A stretch of DNA of 64,000 nucleotides, from the NCBI GenBank assembly GCA_036630325.1, contig CP142729.1:124001-188000 (forward strand), given 5' to 3'. Below the pieces are notes generated by a model that did no database searches, had not been told where the DNA came from, and saw nothing but the letters and a program-made list of their open reading frames with translations. The first letter of the stretch is position 1; each line of letters begins with the position of its first letter. The DNA is from Vairimorpha necatrix (Eukaryota). The position numbers and the translations under genes are program-made. Positions 60,966 through 64,000 of this stretch are shown here, one piece after another.

Positions 60966-62705
60966 TTATTTTTTCTCTTTTTTGTTTCTTTCTGTCAGTA
61001 ATTTTTCTTCTTTGGCAGTTTTTTTTGATAATAAATTTATAATATTTTCAGTATTTTTTTCCACCTCCTTTTCATCAAGTCCCATATTTTTTATTATTTC
61101 TTCCTTTACAAATTCACATTTGCATTCATATTTTTCAATTGCGCATGTAGGACGATCTAATCTCGTAAATAATGATAATATTTTGCATATTTGATATAGA
61201 ATCTTTTTTTTATACTCTCTTATTATATCAATATAGCCATTTTCTAGTTCTTTTACTATGTTTACCATATTAATGCCCCTAGAATTTTTTTTTGATTTAT
61301 TGTTCTTATTATTTTCCGGAACAATTAAATTATAAATTTCTTTAAGAGATTTAAAAAGATAATCGTTGCTTACATCGTTTTCATTTATATAATTTTCTGC
61401 TTCTATTAGCAAACAGATTTTAACCAAGTAACATTCTTTTGAGGTAATCATTAGTAATTTACTCAAAAGAATTTTTGTAATTTTTCTTTTTTTTTCGTCT
61501 TTGAGTTTTTCAGAAATTATTAACTTCCCTGTTTTAATGTCTAGGTCACGGAATTCTATTATATTTAAAAAAAGTAAAATCCAATTAAATATAAATCCCA
61601 TAGCTGAATCTTCGTTATTTAAAATTCTCATTATGAGAAAATCGGGTTTGTTATATTGATGCAATAATCTAAAAACAAATTCAACATAAGAATATTCATC
61701 AGTATTTTTCATCAGGTATATTTTGTAGATTGTTTTTTTAAGCTCTGTAAACAAATTTTTCCCCATCAGATTTGCATCGGTAGTTGAATTATTCAATGCG
61801 TATAAGACTTTCACTTTCTTCGAATAGGCCTTGAATTTAACGAGGTCTGTTTGAATCTCTATTAAATTATATCCTGAATAAACAAGCTCGATTTTATTAG
61901 ATGTAATATTGCATAATTTTTCTGCACTGTGCCTTTGGATATATTCAGCTTCTGCAAAATTATATAATTCAAATAATCTCATTAAAATTTCTTTCTTTCC
62001 TTTAAATTCATCCTCAATTGCTATGTTGACCAAGCTATTAACGTCTTTATTGTCAATTTCGTTCAAATTAAATTCAAATAGGTAACAAATATTGTTTTTC
62101 TCAATACAAAATCTAATATAGTAAATATTGGTATAACCGCCATAATAGAAAGATATTGGGATGTCTGGTATACGCAACTTATATTTGTTATATTTATTAA
62201 AATTTTCTATTTCATCAAGTATTTTGTTTAGGTGACAACCTAAAAAAGAAATGTTTTTGTAAAAAATTTTATCTGTATTCTTTTCACTTCTACTTTTATT
62301 ATTTTCTTTTATTTTTTCGATAATTTGTTTCGCAAACGAACTATACGTGCAATCATAAAGGCTATAAACCAATACAATGTTTTTATCGTACGATGAATTT
62401 ATTATTTTAATTATATTTTCTTCTAAAATCTTGATATTATCATTAATTGATTTTCCTTCATACTTAAAACTAAAATTTTCCGTGTGTTGTTTTTTTCCGT
62501 CAATACTTATATCTTTTAATGTGCAGTTTATTTCTTTATTATAATCGTGTACACGTAGAAATACTCTGATATAATCTTTGTTTGAATCATAAACTGTATA
62601 ATCATCTTTTTTAAACGCATTAAAAAGGTTGTCTTTTATCCTTCTATAATATATTTGATTAGATCTTACAAAAAAAATAGCAAAAAATATTTTGAGTAAC
62701 TTCAT
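60966..62705 (-). CDS. MKLLKIF signal-peptide family protein, intact 579 aa
   Basis: CCCC before ATG; signal-peptide-like MKLLKIFFAIFFVRS; lysine-rich C-terminus. Confidence 0.9.
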   Translation of the reverse strand: MKLLKIFFAIFFVRSNQIYYRRIKDNLFNAFKKDDYTVYDSNKDYIRVFLRVHDYNKEINCTLKDISIDGKKQHTENFSFKYEGKSINDNIKILEENIIKIINSSYDKNIVLVYSLYDCTYSSFAKQIIEKIKENNKSRSEKNTDKIFYKNISFLGCHLNKILDEIENFNKYNKYKLRIPDIPISFYYGGYTNIYYIRFCIEKNNICYLFEFNLNEIDNKDVNSLVNIAIEDEFKGKKEILMRLFELYNFAEAEYIQRHSAEKLCNITSNKIELVYSGYNLIEIQTDLVKFKAYSKKVKVLYALNNSTTDANLMGKNLFTELKKTIYKIYLMKNTDEYSYVEFVFRLLHQYNKPDFLIMRILNNEDSAMGFIFNWILLFLNIIEFRDLDIKTGKLIISEKLKDEKKRKITKILLSKLLMITSKECYLVKICLLIEAENYINENDVSNDYLFKSLKEIYNLIVPENNKNNKSKKNSRGINMVNIVKELENGYIDIIREYKKKILYQICKILSLFTRLDRPTCAIEKYECKCEFVKEEIIKNMGLDEKEVEKNTENIINLLSKKTAKEEKLLTERNKKEKK

Positions 62706-63339
62706 TGGGGTAAAAAGAAGTTAAGTATATTTATATGAAAAAATTTAAAAGGAGAAAATTACTATGTTCATTTAACTATAGTAATGTCACAAATTCGTAC
62801 AAATTTATAAATTTTTAACTAAATGTCAAATGTCTTCTTTTTTAGCGATGTGTGTCAAAAAACTCAGTAAAATGTCACTGCCCCTATTTTCTGCTATTGT
62901 GAACATATTGAATCGCAATAATTATAGAAGAATAATATTTAGGCATTTATAAATATGTCACCGATTAAAAATTAAGAACTTTTTGTGGAAATATAAATTT
63001 TTTATATAATTGCAATGTACGCAAATTTTCTCCTAAAGCCGACATTAGCCAATCATTTTAATTTAGTAAAACAACTTTTTACATTTGCAATTTTTGCTTA
63101 CTTAAATTTGATTTTGACATAGCATATTTTATCTTTAAAAATTTTATACTATTTATGGAGACTTATTACTATAAATAATTGATGTGTTGTGCAATATAAG
63201 GCATTAATTGTGTTTTACAAATAGTTATCTAAAGCTTCCATTTTTTAAACGAACTTTTGTATAATGTTTTAAGATTTGGTGATTACGTTTTTTAAGAAGA
63301 AAAGTATTACGTAGCATCATGATTAATATAAGAAATTTT

Positions 63340-64000
63340 GGCTAAAGTTAGCTTTAGCTAACAAAAATGCATATAGGGTTTTTTTTCTTTTTTTTGCCCC
63401 TTTTTTTAAAAAATGGAGGAGACAATTATGACTAGAGCAGAAATGGAAACAGTCTATAATATTTTATTTGACAAAAAAAGAAACAGTTATCCAAAGTGTG
63501 TAACGGTAGAATGAGGTTGCTTAGTAAACAGGTCACTATCTTAAAATGTACTTGAAGAACTGTAAGAAGACATTTCAATGTGGAAAGGCACATTCTTTGA
63601 ACTTTAGACTCGATCATATCACAATTTTGCAGATACTTAATTTGTGGCTTCTAGGATATCCTCGTTAGTATATTAGCCAAATTTTATGTTGTTCAAAACC
63701 TTCAAAATCGTTTAATTTAAAAAGCTAAAGCAAATAGACATTTATGATAAATATTTATCATCTTTGGACAAGATGGGCGGGGAAAATATTATATTAGAAA
63801 TAGATGAAACTAAAATTGGAAAAATAAGTATAATAGAAGTAAACTAGTGAAAGGGTTTTGGTGTTTTGGAATGATAGAGCGTTTTTTAAAACGAACTATA
63901 ATAATTACGTATATTAAAAAAAGAGATAAAAAAGCACTTACTGACCTTTTATTTAAATATGTGAGCACGGAAAGTACTATATACAGCGATATGTGGAAGG
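63340..64000 (+). mobile_element. Second Merlin family element, degenerate, runs off the window
   Basis: Begins GGCTA exactly where similarity to 55470 ends; MGGENIILEIDETKIG, FWCFGMIER, IYSDMWK. Confidence 0.88.

Overview
AT-rich eukaryotic DNA, most likely a microsporidian of the Nosema/Vairimorpha type. This is an inference from the intron-less compact genes, a CCC motif just upstream of nearly every start codon, and divergent RPL31/RPT2. The window has a short gene-dense housekeeping block (about 41.6-50.8 kb: RPL31, RRP42-like, POP4-like, RPT2, hypotheticals) flanked by transposon-rich compartments. These carry hAT/Buster, Tc1 DD34E, Merlin, Ginger-like, three Ty3/Gypsy elements and RLE-type non-LTR copies, plus predicted secreted or membrane proteins: a ~550-580 aa signal-peptide family in four copies and a membrane-anchored HECT ligase. 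Highlights: (1) a ~790-bp tRNA-headed, SINE-like non-coding element in three copies, with a compensatory D-stem change and marking the edge of a tandem gene duplication; (2) a ~3.1-kb Gypsy element with 49-bp LTRs and no visible protease; (3) an intact Ginger-like TIR element carrying a Pol III tRNA-like cassette; (4) duplicated secreted genes with a hypervariable core. Coordinates were read by eye (a few bp of error is possible). Many frameshifts sit in homopolymers and may be assembly errors.
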